Below, piece by piece: positions 18,885-28,212 of a stretch of DNA of 41,302 nucleotides. The stretch lies in sequence record SRR31156797_4892. One strand, given 5' to 3'. The notes under the pieces were generated by a model. That model had not been told where the DNA came from. It ran no database searches and saw only the letters and a list, made by a program, of their open reading frames with translations. Position numbers and translations under genes: made by a program. Position 1 is the stretch's first letter. Each line of letters opens with the position of its first letter.

Positions 18885-18939
18885 TATTTTTTGGCGGGAT
18901 GAGTTTTTTCGGATCACGATGCCACATTATTGAATTTCA

Positions 18940-19182
18940 TTATTTGAGAGGCATCTTGTTTTGAATGAATTCAAGAATCGCTTCAAAGGATGTAAATCTT
19001 CCAAGATCTTCCGGCTCGATTTCAAATTTGAATTCCTCCTCTACGACAGTAAACAGGGTGACTGTGGCCAGAGAATCCCACTCAGGGATGGAATTTACAT
19101 CTGCCTTTCTTATTTCATTTTCCCCCAATTCGGAAAAAACCGCTGAAAAAGACCGCACCAATCGGTCTGCTATTTTTGACAT
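18940..19182 (-). CDS. Acyl carrier protein
   Basis: 80 aa, acidic, 'WDSL' phosphopantetheine Ser, 'VEEEFKFEI'. Starts 1 nt after the FkbH stop. Confidence 0.92.
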   Translation of the reverse strand: MSKIADRLVRSFSAVFSELGENEIRKADVNSIPEWDSLATVTLFTVVEEEFKFEIEPEDLGRFTSFEAILEFIQNKMPLK

Positions 19183-19183
19183 G

Positions 19184-20914
19184 CTATACCTCTTTAACCT
19201 TGTGAAATAGTTCAGGGCATTTATTCATGAAAACATCCTTGGGTATTGCAAAAGGCTTGTTTTGTTTTTCTCCAAGTACACTCTCAAAAAAATCCTGTAA
19301 TGGGCCATTCCTCGGCGTGGCTTTAAAATCAAATTGGATTTTTTTCGCTTCGAATCTATGGAACAAATATTCTAAACATTTAAACTCGATTCGGCGCCCG
19401 AAGGCGCGGCAGCTCATTACCCATGTATCAACCGAGATACTCTTTTGCTTTCGTCTCCCGATCAACACAGCTATTTTTCCCAGTAGCCCATATTTATCCT
19501 TGTATGAAACGGTAACCAAAAAGGTTTCGCCCATTTTTAAGGTTTTTTGCCAAATGCCTTCCGTATATCGCCTTCCGTTCAAATTGAATTGATTTGTTTT
19601 GTTTATCAATTGGAAAGCCCGAGAATCAGAAGAGACCTTCTCAAAACTGAATTCCAATTCAGCTTCTGCTCGTTCAAGCAGCTTCGATAGAGAAGCATCG
19701 TGATCGAAAGCCGTTTCCTCGAAGGGAGTTTCCTGTCGTAGGCTCTTGAGCCGGATAGCATCTTCCTCAAAGATCCTTTCCTGGGCGAAGAGGTCACGCA
19801 GCTCCTTTAGCAATTCGTAGATCCCATCGTTTCTTCCTTTGGGGAAGAGACGACATGTAACTTCCGGAAAAACGGAGTTCACCTCTTCCAATTCCATTGG
19901 GCTGTCATCAACAAAAACGATACTCTCAGCTCCGATGTTCCAGGCTTTGAGAATTCTCCCGATGGAGATGGATTTTTGACCCCAATGAACCTCCATTGGA
20001 AACAAATCTTCCCGGGGCAGGAGGATATCTTCACGTTGCAGAGCTTTCTCCACCAAGACCGGATCGTTTTTGCTGGCGACCCCGATCAATATTCCCGATT
20101 CTGAAAGGGCATGCAATACTTGCTGGTATACCGCGTGCATATGACTATTGTTGTCAATATCCCAAGAAATTCCGTCGATCCCAACCTCCCCCAAAATTCC
20201 CCGCCAAAGTGTATCGTCCAGGTCCGTGACCAAGCCTTTTTTGCTAGGTGGAGATTTGATGAGAAAGGCCAAAAGCTCCGCAATTACGGAAGCATGCGAT
20301 AGCGTATAAGGAAACCCGGCCAAGAGCTCCGATTTTGCATCGAAACGATTTGTCATCGGCGAAAGCCTGTTCAGCATTTGAAGATTGAGGACTTTCACCC
20401 CGTTAATATTGCCAACATTGACGCCAAATGAAATGAGGCTTTGCCATAGCAGAAGCTCGTTTGGGCCACACTGTCGGCGAGGATGATGGAAAACGGGTGG
20501 TAACTCGATACTGGGTAAGCATACCACCAAAGGGACTGATTGTGCGGCATTTTCGAGCAGCGACAGAAAACGGATTGCCTGGGCCGAGACCGTTTCTTCT
20601 ATATCCGACAAAACATTTGGAGTCCAGCTCCCCGCACTTCGAATTCCCAACCTGGGATCAAAATCCGACCATTCAAAGACAATGGCGCCTGCGTCTGCCG
20701 GGGTATGTGCCAGAAGCGCCAAATTCCCCGCCAAATCTCCATAAACTCCGGTCTTAATCTCGATTCCATGGTCTACGCAGACTTGCCTCAAATATGCACC
20801 CAAAAAAGTCTTGAGATGCAAAGGCATGAATCCACATCCGAGAAAAACCGAAAAGAGTTTTGAGTCGGGTTTTGGAGGTTTTTGCATTATCGTCAAGGCT
20901 TCAATCAGCTTCAT
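19184..20914 (-). CDS. FkbH-like HAD-IIIC glyceryl-ACP-loading protein
   Basis: 'TDLDDTLWRG', 'VASKN', 'VFVDDSPMELEE', 'KTNQFNL', 'WVMSCRAFGRRIE'. Confidence 0.9.
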   Translation of the reverse strand: MKLIEALTIMQKPPKPDSKLFSVFLGCGFMPLHLKTFLGAYLRQVCVDHGIEIKTGVYGDLAGNLALLAHTPADAGAIVFEWSDFDPRLGIRSAGSWTPNVLSDIEETVSAQAIRFLSLLENAAQSVPLVVCLPSIELPPVFHHPRRQCGPNELLLWQSLISFGVNVGNINGVKVLNLQMLNRLSPMTNRFDAKSELLAGFPYTLSHASVIAELLAFLIKSPPSKKGLVTDLDDTLWRGILGEVGIDGISWDIDNNSHMHAVYQQVLHALSESGILIGVASKNDPVLVEKALQREDILLPREDLFPMEVHWGQKSISIGRILKAWNIGAESIVFVDDSPMELEEVNSVFPEVTCRLFPKGRNDGIYELLKELRDLFAQERIFEEDAIRLKSLRQETPFEETAFDHDASLSKLLERAEAELEFSFEKVSSDSRAFQLINKTNQFNLNGRRYTEGIWQKTLKMGETFLVTVSYKDKYGLLGKIAVLIGRRKQKSISVDTWVMSCRAFGRRIEFKCLEYLFHRFEAKKIQFDFKATPRNGPLQDFFESVLGEKQNKPFAIPKDVFMNKCPELFHKVKEV

Positions 20915-21077
20915 GTTCTTTTCCTCGCCGCTTTTAGAGTCGTTGAATATTTCGGAAAATATGTATGACTACGATCTGGTAAGAATTTGACAAGAAATGC
21001 CAACGAATTTTAGGTTTCTGCATATGCTCTCACACTCAACAACTGACCAGCGCCTGGTCCAAACGCAACATCGGAGT

Positions 21078-22943
21078 CTACGAATAAGTCTCAAGCCAAT
21101 GATATAAAACCAAAAGTGAGAAAATTCTTATGCTATAGTCTTCTTTCTTTTTACAGTGCCTCTCAAACATGGATTCTAAATACTTTTTTTTAAACCAGCC
21201 GGTATCGATCAATTTCCTGCTAAGAATGATATCCTTTGCAGGCTCCATCAGATCCCCTGCAAACCACCGTTTTGTAGGCGCGCTAAAGCCCATTTTTTTT
21301 CGATATATAATCTCTTTTGGGAGGTACTTTTCCATCAATTTCTTTAAAATGAATTTACCTTCCCCGTTACTTATTTTGTATTTTGCTGGTAATGAGGAGG
21401 CAAATTCAACAATATTATGATCAAGAAAAGGAACTCTCAACTCAACAGAAGTTGCCATCGTCATTTTATCCGCCCTTAAAAGAAGATCTTCCAGCAGCCA
21501 GGTCTTTGAATCAACATAGAGGAGTTGCGACAAAGGAGGTTTTTCCTCGACATCCTTGAACCATCCGCAGAATGTTTCGCCTAAATAATCGTTTTCTTGG
21601 GTGTAATCCAACAACTCTTGAGAATAAAAATGCCGCTTAATACGTTCTGTTAAATAGCCGGAAGTGCTCCTATACCTATCCACAACAGCACTCGACAACC
21701 AGTCGGCATACTTCTTAAGCTTATCTCCCGGCAAACAGATATCAGGGATCCATTCAAAAAATTTAAATAAGCCCCTTGTTTTGTTCATGGTTAGCATTTT
21801 TGCATAAAGGCCGTATCCACCAAACACTTCATCACTGCCTTCCCCTGACAACAATACTGTTGCATAACGTTTTGCTTCTTTGGCAATCTGGTAAAGAGGA
21901 ATAGCAACGCTTTCAGCCAGAGGTTCTTCGGTAATCCTAACCAGCTCAGGTATTGAATCTATAAAATCCAGTGGTTTTAGTATGAATTCATGATGTTCCG
22001 TACCGAAGAGATCTGCCACCTTTCTGGCATAGCCGAGTTCATTGGCTTCATCAGCGCCCTTATAGCCTAAGGTAAATGTTTTGATCCGTTGATCCGTTGC
22101 TCTAGACATTAGAGCAGTGATTGCGCTTGAATCTAGCCCACCACTTAAGAAAACGCCGAGGGGAACCTCACTCATCAAGCGCCTCTCCACGGAATCTGTT
22201 AGCAATTGGTCAAGTTTTTCTTGTGCTCCGGAAAATGAAATAGGATTGAATTCGATTTTGTCAAAATTCCAGTAACATTCGATCTCTGTTTTACCATTTT
22301 CATCGATAGTCATGAAGTGTCCGGGAAGCAGTTTATAGATACCTGTAAACATAGTCATCGGTCCCGGCACGTAGCCCAACGTTAGGAATGAATCCAGTGC
22401 AGAATATTTCAAACTACTTTCAACCAGGCCTGACGCAAGGATTGCCTTGATTTCTGATGCAAAAATAACGACTTCATTGTCTTTGTAGTAATATAGAGGC
22501 TTGATTCCCATCCGGTCACGCACCAGAAAAATACGTTTCAGCCTGCCATCCCAGATGGCAAAAGAGAACATTCCCCTGAATTCCTTTACACATTGTACGC
22601 CCCACTTCTTGTAGGCATTCAAAACAACCTCAGTGTCGGAATTTGTTGTGAATTGAAAACCTATTCCCAGAAGCTCTCTTTTTAGATCCAGATAATTGTA
22701 GATTTCGCCATTATAGACGATCGTAGCAGGATAGCCACCGACATCATTGCTCATCGGTTGTTGACCGCCTTTGATATCAATAATGCTTAACCTTCGATGC
22801 CCTAGAGCGCATTGTCCATTAACGTAAATTCCGGAATCGTTCGGTCCCCTGAGTTTCATGGTTTGAGCCATGTTCAGAATCAGATCTGATGACACAACTT
22901 TATCACTACCTTTAGAATAAACAATTCCACAAATTCCACACAT
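21078..22943 (-). CDS. asnB: Asparagine synthase (glutamine-hydrolysing)-family amidotransferase
   Basis: N-terminal nucleophile 'MCGICG', 'LGHRRLSIID', 'NGEIYN', 'RDRMGIKPLYY', 'FLSGGLDSS', 'LSGEGSDE', 'RVPFLD'. Confidence 0.95.
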   Translation of the reverse strand: MCGICGIVYSKGSDKVVSSDLILNMAQTMKLRGPNDSGIYVNGQCALGHRRLSIIDIKGGQQPMSNDVGGYPATIVYNGEIYNYLDLKRELLGIGFQFTTNSDTEVVLNAYKKWGVQCVKEFRGMFSFAIWDGRLKRIFLVRDRMGIKPLYYYKDNEVVIFASEIKAILASGLVESSLKYSALDSFLTLGYVPGPMTMFTGIYKLLPGHFMTIDENGKTEIECYWNFDKIEFNPISFSGAQEKLDQLLTDSVERRLMSEVPLGVFLSGGLDSSAITALMSRATDQRIKTFTLGYKGADEANELGYARKVADLFGTEHHEFILKPLDFIDSIPELVRITEEPLAESVAIPLYQIAKEAKRYATVLLSGEGSDEVFGGYGLYAKMLTMNKTRGLFKFFEWIPDICLPGDKLKKYADWLSSAVVDRYRSTSGYLTERIKRHFYSQELLDYTQENDYLGETFCGWFKDVEEKPPLSQLLYVDSKTWLLEDLLLRADKMTMATSVELRVPFLDHNIVEFASSLPAKYKISNGEGKFILKKLMEKYLPKEIIYRKKMGFSAPTKRWFAGDLMEPAKDIILSRKLIDTGWFKKKYLESMFERHCKKKEDYSIRIFSLLVLYHWLETYS

Positions 22944-23004
22944 GGAAAACCCTGAGCGCTTCCCGCATTATATCGTTGATAGTTTTAACAACGAGTGCTC
23001 GATA

Positions 23005-23811
23005 TCACTTTTTTATTATATAGTATTTTAAGTAATTATTATTTTCTATCTCTATACATTCTTCTTGTTTGTCCGAAAGAAATTCATCGACGGCTTTATT
23101 ACATCCGGGCCAAGGAGGATCATTGTACTCATCAAATAGAATAATTCCTCCCTTAACCAATCTGGGGTAAAAGAAATCTAAACATACTTTATAGGAATAA
23201 TACAAATCACAATCCAAATGCACGAAAGAAAATTGCCGGTTCCCAATTTGTGGTAATGAATTTTCAAAATAACCCTTCAATAGAATTATTTCCGGCCAAA
23301 CTTCAAAGACTTTAGCTTGTTTAGAAACATACTCAAGAGATGTTTGGCTGAACCCTCCCTGCATTTTATCTGAATCCTCTGCTCCTCCGAGTTTGATGTC
23401 AATATGAACCGTTTCATCAAAACCCTCAAATGAATCCAAGCCAAAAATGTGCTTATTAATCTTGTTTTCTTTAATGTATAAAGCAATAGGAATCAATGTT
23501 GATCCCTGAAAGACGCCACACTCAGCAATATCGCCTTCTAAGTGTTTTGTTTTCCACAATAACTTAAAAATTATATTGATATTTGCACTACCGCTGGGTT
23601 GAGGGTATGGTCTGGCGGTGACTCCTTTAGGGATTGAAATATTGGCGAATTTACCAAAACATGAAGGCCATTCAAAAATTGATTTATTTTTATATAAGAA
23701 ATAGTAAATTTTAGTAACAAATTTTCTTAGAAATTTGGAGATAAACGGCCGGCAAGGAAGAAACCTTAACAATGTTCTCATATAATTGATGCCTCTATAT
23801 GGCTCTACCAT
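23005..23811 (-). CDS. TylF/MycF/NovP-family SAM-dependent O-methyltransferase
   Basis: 'GDIAECGVFQG', 'GLDSFEGF', 'KGYFENSL', 'FVHLDCDLY', 'GGIILFDEY...WPGCNKAVDEF'. Confidence 0.9.
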   Translation of the reverse strand: MVEPYRGINYMRTLLRFLPCRPFISKFLRKFVTKIYYFLYKNKSIFEWPSCFGKFANISIPKGVTARPYPQPSGSANINIIFKLLWKTKHLEGDIAECGVFQGSTLIPIALYIKENKINKHIFGLDSFEGFDETVHIDIKLGGAEDSDKMQGGFSQTSLEYVSKQAKVFEVWPEIILLKGYFENSLPQIGNRQFSFVHLDCDLYYSYKVCLDFFYPRLVKGGIILFDEYNDPPWPGCNKAVDEFLSDKQEECIEIENNNYLKYYIIKK

Positions 23812-23821
23812 TTCAGGAGCT

Positions 23822-24844
23822 TCAAACCCGAAATTTTACAAAAAGCTGTGGAAAAAGAAGGTTTGCTTGAAACAAAGTGTAATCCACATCTGTCTCCACA
23901 TGAATTCGCGGTATCGTAAACAATTGATCCTCATTGAAATTTTTAACGTTATGATCATAACAAAGGCCAAATTGATATCCGCAATCCTTGGCACAATTTA
24001 CGACCCTTTCATCATAGCTTCCAGCGGGATAGGCGATACTTCTGATTTTTTCTCCTAATTTTTCTTCAATAACCCTCTTTGATTCTACAAGTTCATACAT
24101 AATTTCATCAATTGTCAAATTGGATAAAAACGGATGAGTTACGGTATGCGATCCGATTTCTAGTCCACCTTCACTCATTTCTTTAATTTGGCTCCAGTTT
24201 AACGGCTTGGCTAATTCAAAGTGATCGGGCGATATATGTATTTTTGACTGTTGTTCCAGCTGGTTATACAGGCGAAGGCGGTCTTTGTTAGAAACACTGC
24301 GAAACAAACTCATTACTGAAGCTCTTGTCTTACTTCTATTTTCAGAATTTAAATTAAATATATGCTTGCCATTATCAAGGATAATACGATCATTGGAAAT
24401 ATGCTTTATTATATATGTAAGCTTATCAAACCAAAATGGTTCTTTATTATCTATAAAGGATGTGGATAAAAAAACAGTTGCCGTTAATTCATGTTTTTTT
24501 AAAATTTTCCAAGCAATTTCATAATTATCTGCATAGCCATCATCGAAAGTAATAATAAGCGAATTATTTGGAAGATTCTTATCTGAAAGAAGAATATTCG
24601 ATAATATTTTAAAATTAATAACATTAAATCTCTTCTTCACAAAGCGAAGTTGTTTTTCAAATTCTTCTGGAGTGGCACTGATTGTTCCTTCTTCGAAAGG
24701 ATAGCCCCTTTTAATCAATGGCGATACACGGTGATAAGCAAGGATATAAAACAAGTTAGGCCTTATTATGCTAAACATAGGCAATGATATAGCGTTCAGC
24801 CAGCGAAACATTAAATTAGCTAATAAACTTTTCTTTCCCCTCAT
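23822..24844 (-). CDS. Polysaccharide deacetylase (NodB/CE4, EPS-locus type with helical insertion)
   Basis: 'ILAYHRV', 'ITFDDGY', 'GSHTVTHP', 'IAYPAG'. Confidence 0.9.
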   Translation of the reverse strand: MRGKKSLLANLMFRWLNAISLPMFSIIRPNLFYILAYHRVSPLIKRGYPFEEGTISATPEEFEKQLRFVKKRFNVINFKILSNILLSDKNLPNNSLIITFDDGYADNYEIAWKILKKHELTATVFLSTSFIDNKEPFWFDKLTYIIKHISNDRIILDNGKHIFNLNSENRSKTRASVMSLFRSVSNKDRLRLYNQLEQQSKIHISPDHFELAKPLNWSQIKEMSEGGLEIGSHTVTHPFLSNLTIDEIMYELVESKRVIEEKLGEKIRSIAYPAGSYDERVVNCAKDCGYQFGLCYDHNVKNFNEDQLFTIPRIHVETDVDYTLFQANLLFPQLFVKFRV

Positions 24845-24942
24845 TTCCTAATATCTCTCAGTGAAATATTGTTACAGGTCGCTCGAAATCGCTAAATTGC
24901 TCCGCTCTCACCCCTATTGAATCTATTGAACCCCAATTATCA

Positions 24943-25896
24943 TTATTTTTTAATCAAAATCATATTCAAATAACGTTTGACGTATCGAGCATAATCTATG
25001 ATTCGTGAGGGGAAAAAAGAAAAAAAGAAATACTTCATAGCAGGTAGATCAAATGGATTGAAGTGATGCATCCGAATAGCAACTCTCCTGCAGGTACGAT
25101 ATTCCGCTGCACTAAAAAGGTCGGACATCATCCGCCTTCCCCTTGATAAATAAGCTTTTTTCATCGGTGGATATATTTCCGGCGCGGTTTCCGGGTACAA
25201 AGCAACGATCCTGTCAAGGTTCTTAAGAGTTCCTATTGGGACATCGGTACGAGAAGACAAATTGCCAACATGTATTCTATGTTTTACAAGTACATCCTCA
25301 GTAGGACGTATGTGCCATCTTTTGGCAATTTTGAGATAGAGATTGGTGTCTTCGGCGGTAACAAGGCTTTCGTCAAACATCCCGATTGCAGTCAGAGTCC
25401 GTGACCGCACGATAACACTTGACATGAGGATAAAACTCTCAATGAGAAGTTTCTCAAATATTTGTCCCGAATAGAACCTTTTTGGTAGAGTCGCCACATC
25501 TATCCCATTCGCACTGCCGAAATACACAAAAGGAGAATAAACCATGCCAAGGTCAGGGTTACTCTCAAAAAGCTCCATTTGTCTTTCCAATTTATTGGGC
25601 AGCCAGATGTCATCTGAGTCCAGAAAGGCGATGAAATCCCCTTTCGCATGATTTATGCCGTTATTCCTAGCTGAAGCAGGTCCACGGTTTTCTTGTTGAA
25701 TGCAAATAATTTTTTTGGAAAATTTTCTTAATGTATCGATGGTATTGTCCGTTGATCCGTCATTCACGACAATTATTTCTATGGGCTTTAAAGTTTGCGA
25801 AAAAACACTCTCCAAAGCATCTTCAATATAATTTGGGCAGTTGAATATGGGAATGACAACACTGATTTTTGGTGTTATGATTGTGGGGTAATCCAT
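24943..25896 (-). CDS. Glycosyltransferase family 2
   Basis: 'ISVVIPIFN', 'VNDGSTD', 'ARNNGI', 'FLDSDDIW', 'FDESL..AED'. Confidence 0.93.
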   Translation of the reverse strand: MDYPTIITPKISVVIPIFNCPNYIEDALESVFSQTLKPIEIIVVNDGSTDNTIDTLRKFSKKIICIQQENRGPASARNNGINHAKGDFIAFLDSDDIWLPNKLERQMELFESNPDLGMVYSPFVYFGSANGIDVATLPKRFYSGQIFEKLLIESFILMSSVIVRSRTLTAIGMFDESLVTAEDTNLYLKIAKRWHIRPTEDVLVKHRIHVGNLSSRTDVPIGTLKNLDRIVALYPETAPEIYPPMKKAYLSRGRRMMSDLFSAAEYRTCRRVAIRMHHFNPFDLPAMKYFFFSFFPSRIIDYARYVKRYLNMILIKK

Positions 25897-25915
25897 AGAA
25901 ATTTCGGATAATCTG

Positions 25916-26737
25916 TTATGTGTCCGTGCGCGATTCGATTACAAATCTATTTTCCCTTATATCTACGTTCGAGGGCGATAGGCGCCTTATGCTCCTAAAG
26001 CCCGGAATACATTGCAATAACATTTTGATCGCCTTTTTCAGCCGAGTGCGTGGGATCTGGCCCGAATATTCAGAATCAAGCAGGTAGTATAGTTTCGGAT
26101 ATTGATAGTGTTTATTGACGAACCGCATGAACTCTCTCTGGGCCGAAATCTTTGACATTTGGATCATTTCTAGCGCATCAAAATCCCCCTCGAAAAACAG
26201 CCAGCTCACGCGTTCAGCCCCCCTTATTCTTTTCAGGAAAGAACTCGGGAAGTGGCATTGCCACATTGCGTGAACGAGCGGACTTTTGTTATGAAAAATG
26301 ATTCGGTTGGCCTCGATATCAACAAGCCACCGGTGATGAAAATAGCCTGCATAATTCCTATCTTCGACACCCATTGTCTGTTCAATAAGCCGGGACGGCA
26401 CCTCTACATAACCACGTTTGGCCACTCTCATCAACTCAGAGCAAACCCAAACCGGATCCCTGATGTCCTCCAGCACATGAGAGCAAGTAACAAAATCCAT
26501 CTCATTGTCTTTAAATGGCAGTGGTTTTCGACTGCAAAGGTCATGGAGGACCCATGTTTCTTTAGAAAACCACTCTCGGCCTTGGCCAGAGCACCCCCCG
26601 CAACCACGAGTTTCGTATGGCATAATGTCGATTACATAATTAGCTCGGTTAAACGGCTTGATCCATCCCCCAACATCAAGCACACGATCTGTGGCCGAAA
26701 GGCCATCAATGATCCGATCTACGTTCCTCTTTAGCAT
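25916..26737 (-). CDS. Class I SAM-dependent methyltransferase-domain protein
   Basis: 'VLDVGG', 'LPFKDNEMDFVTCSHVLED', 'GYVEVP'. Confidence 0.75.
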   Translation of the reverse strand: MLKRNVDRIIDGLSATDRVLDVGGWIKPFNRANYVIDIMPYETRGCGGCSGQGREWFSKETWVLHDLCSRKPLPFKDNEMDFVTCSHVLEDIRDPVWVCSELMRVAKRGYVEVPSRLIEQTMGVEDRNYAGYFHHRWLVDIEANRIIFHNKSPLVHAMWQCHFPSSFLKRIRGAERVSWLFFEGDFDALEMIQMSKISAQREFMRFVNKHYQYPKLYYLLDSEYSGQIPRTRLKKAIKMLLQCIPGFRSIRRLSPSNVDIRENRFVIESRTDT

Positions 26738-26827
26738 AGATGTTTATTCCAAGTTCAAGGCAAAATAGGATTTTTGAATTCCTCTTGCAATTTCGATTAG
26801 TTTCAGCCAGGCCCAACGCTTACTATT

Positions 26828-28012
26828 TCATTTGCTTACATAGCCATTCTTGGCGCCGGCAATTTCTAAATAGTAATTGATTATTTGTTCATAAATTGCG
26901 TCTTTAGAAAACATTCTCACTGCACGACGCCTCGCTGCAACCATTTTCCGCTGTATTAGCACGTTATTAGCCAGATTCAATTTTATTGCTTTGGCAAGCG
27001 ACCCATGCTTTTTCATGTCGACGACAATCCCTCCTTCTCCAACAACATATTTTAGTACAGGGTGGTCATGGACAAATGTCACAAGTCCGGAAGAAATCGC
27101 TTCAATCAGCACTATTCCGAACATTTCTCTCAATGATCCCAAGATAAAGCAGTCAGCACACTGGTATATTTCAGGCAATAGGTCGCGATCCAGATCGACA
27201 AGAAAAATTACATTCTCCGCCAAAGCCCTCTTTCCTTCTGCTATAATTTCTTCTGTTTCCCGTTCTCTGCCGCCTACGACAATCCATAGAAAATTGGGAA
27301 TTTCTTTTTTGATTTGTACCATCTCGTCAATGAGCCAATCAATTCTTTTATGATTTCTCTTGATGGCCGCAACAGTAAGGAAAACCGGCTTTTCTAAAGG
27401 AAATCCATATTTCGTTTTGAGCTTTCTTTTCAAGGCGATCCCAGCCGGTCGGAATTTTTCCGTATCTACAAAGTTTGGAATGGCAGTCCACGATTCCTTA
27501 AAACATCCCTGGACCTTCCTTTTTTTCATGTCAACCTTTGACACATGTTGTACAAATTCTAACTTTAAAAGGTCTGTGTTAACTTCGTTCGTCACATGCC
27601 CGTAAACCACTTTTGCATCTAAAAGACCTCGGTTTCTCAGCCATTGAAGAGCGGATGCCAGATTTGCCTCGTGGGTGTGAACGATATCCACCTTGCTTTT
27701 CAAAAGCTCCAAAAACAAAGGAAACGCAAAGGATAGCTGCTCAAGCTGGGTTTCGCTGCCGAAACCGTAGCGCCATCCCCCCAATTTTCTGAAAATTCTA
27801 ACAAGCGCCTTGTTTGAGACTGACGTTCTCTTCAAGCACCAAAGAACTTTTTGATATGGCCTGCTAGCACTGCCTCCTCCAACATAAAGCTTGCACTCTA
27901 TTCCCTTTTCGGAAAGGAGATCAGCCATGTCATACGACCAAGCTTCTACACCTCTGAAAACATGGCCGGCTCCCGAAGAGCAAATAGCAATTCGTATCTT
28001 TCTTTTTAGCAA
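26828..28012 (-). CDS. Glycosyltransferase family 4
   Basis: 'IPNFVDTEKF' and 'EMFGIVLIEAISSG'. TTG start with an AGGAG RBS. Confidence 0.88.
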   Translation of the reverse strand: MLKRKIRIAICSSGAGHVFRGVEAWSYDMADLLSEKGIECKLYVGGGSASRPYQKVLWCLKRTSVSNKALVRIFRKLGGWRYGFGSETQLEQLSFAFPLFLELLKSKVDIVHTHEANLASALQWLRNRGLLDAKVVYGHVTNEVNTDLLKLEFVQHVSKVDMKKRKVQGCFKESWTAIPNFVDTEKFRPAGIALKRKLKTKYGFPLEKPVFLTVAAIKRNHKRIDWLIDEMVQIKKEIPNFLWIVVGGRERETEEIIAEGKRALAENVIFLVDLDRDLLPEIYQCADCFILGSLREMFGIVLIEAISSGLVTFVHDHPVLKYVVGEGGIVVDMKKHGSLAKAIKLNLANNVLIQRKMVAARRRAVRMFSKDAIYEQIINYYLEIAGAKNGYVSK

Positions 28013-28212
28013 ATCGAAATCTCCTGGAATCAGGTCGAAATAATGTAGGAATATGACGAAGTATTCCTTGCTGCGTTCGTGGCCTTGATTCTAAACAGCA
28101 TAGACAGTGAGAGTGGATGGTGGTAAGTGGCGACGGTACGTACCAGCGTACGGTGACGGCGGCAGGGTACCGGCTTGATCGAGCTTCATCCTGGAACGCA
28201 GAAGATGATCGT

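Noticed and set aside
17393-20914. FkbH+ACP as a polyketide (methoxymalonyl-ACP or tetronate) antibiotic cluster
   Set aside because: No KS/PKS/NRPS, FabH-like, FkbI or FkbK dehydrogenase genes. The context is entirely glycan biosynthesis.
21045-21059. GACCAG-cgc-CTGGTC hairpin after the asnB stop as an intrinsic terminator
   Set aside because: Only a 6-bp stem with a 3-nt loop and no proper U-tract; too weak to call.
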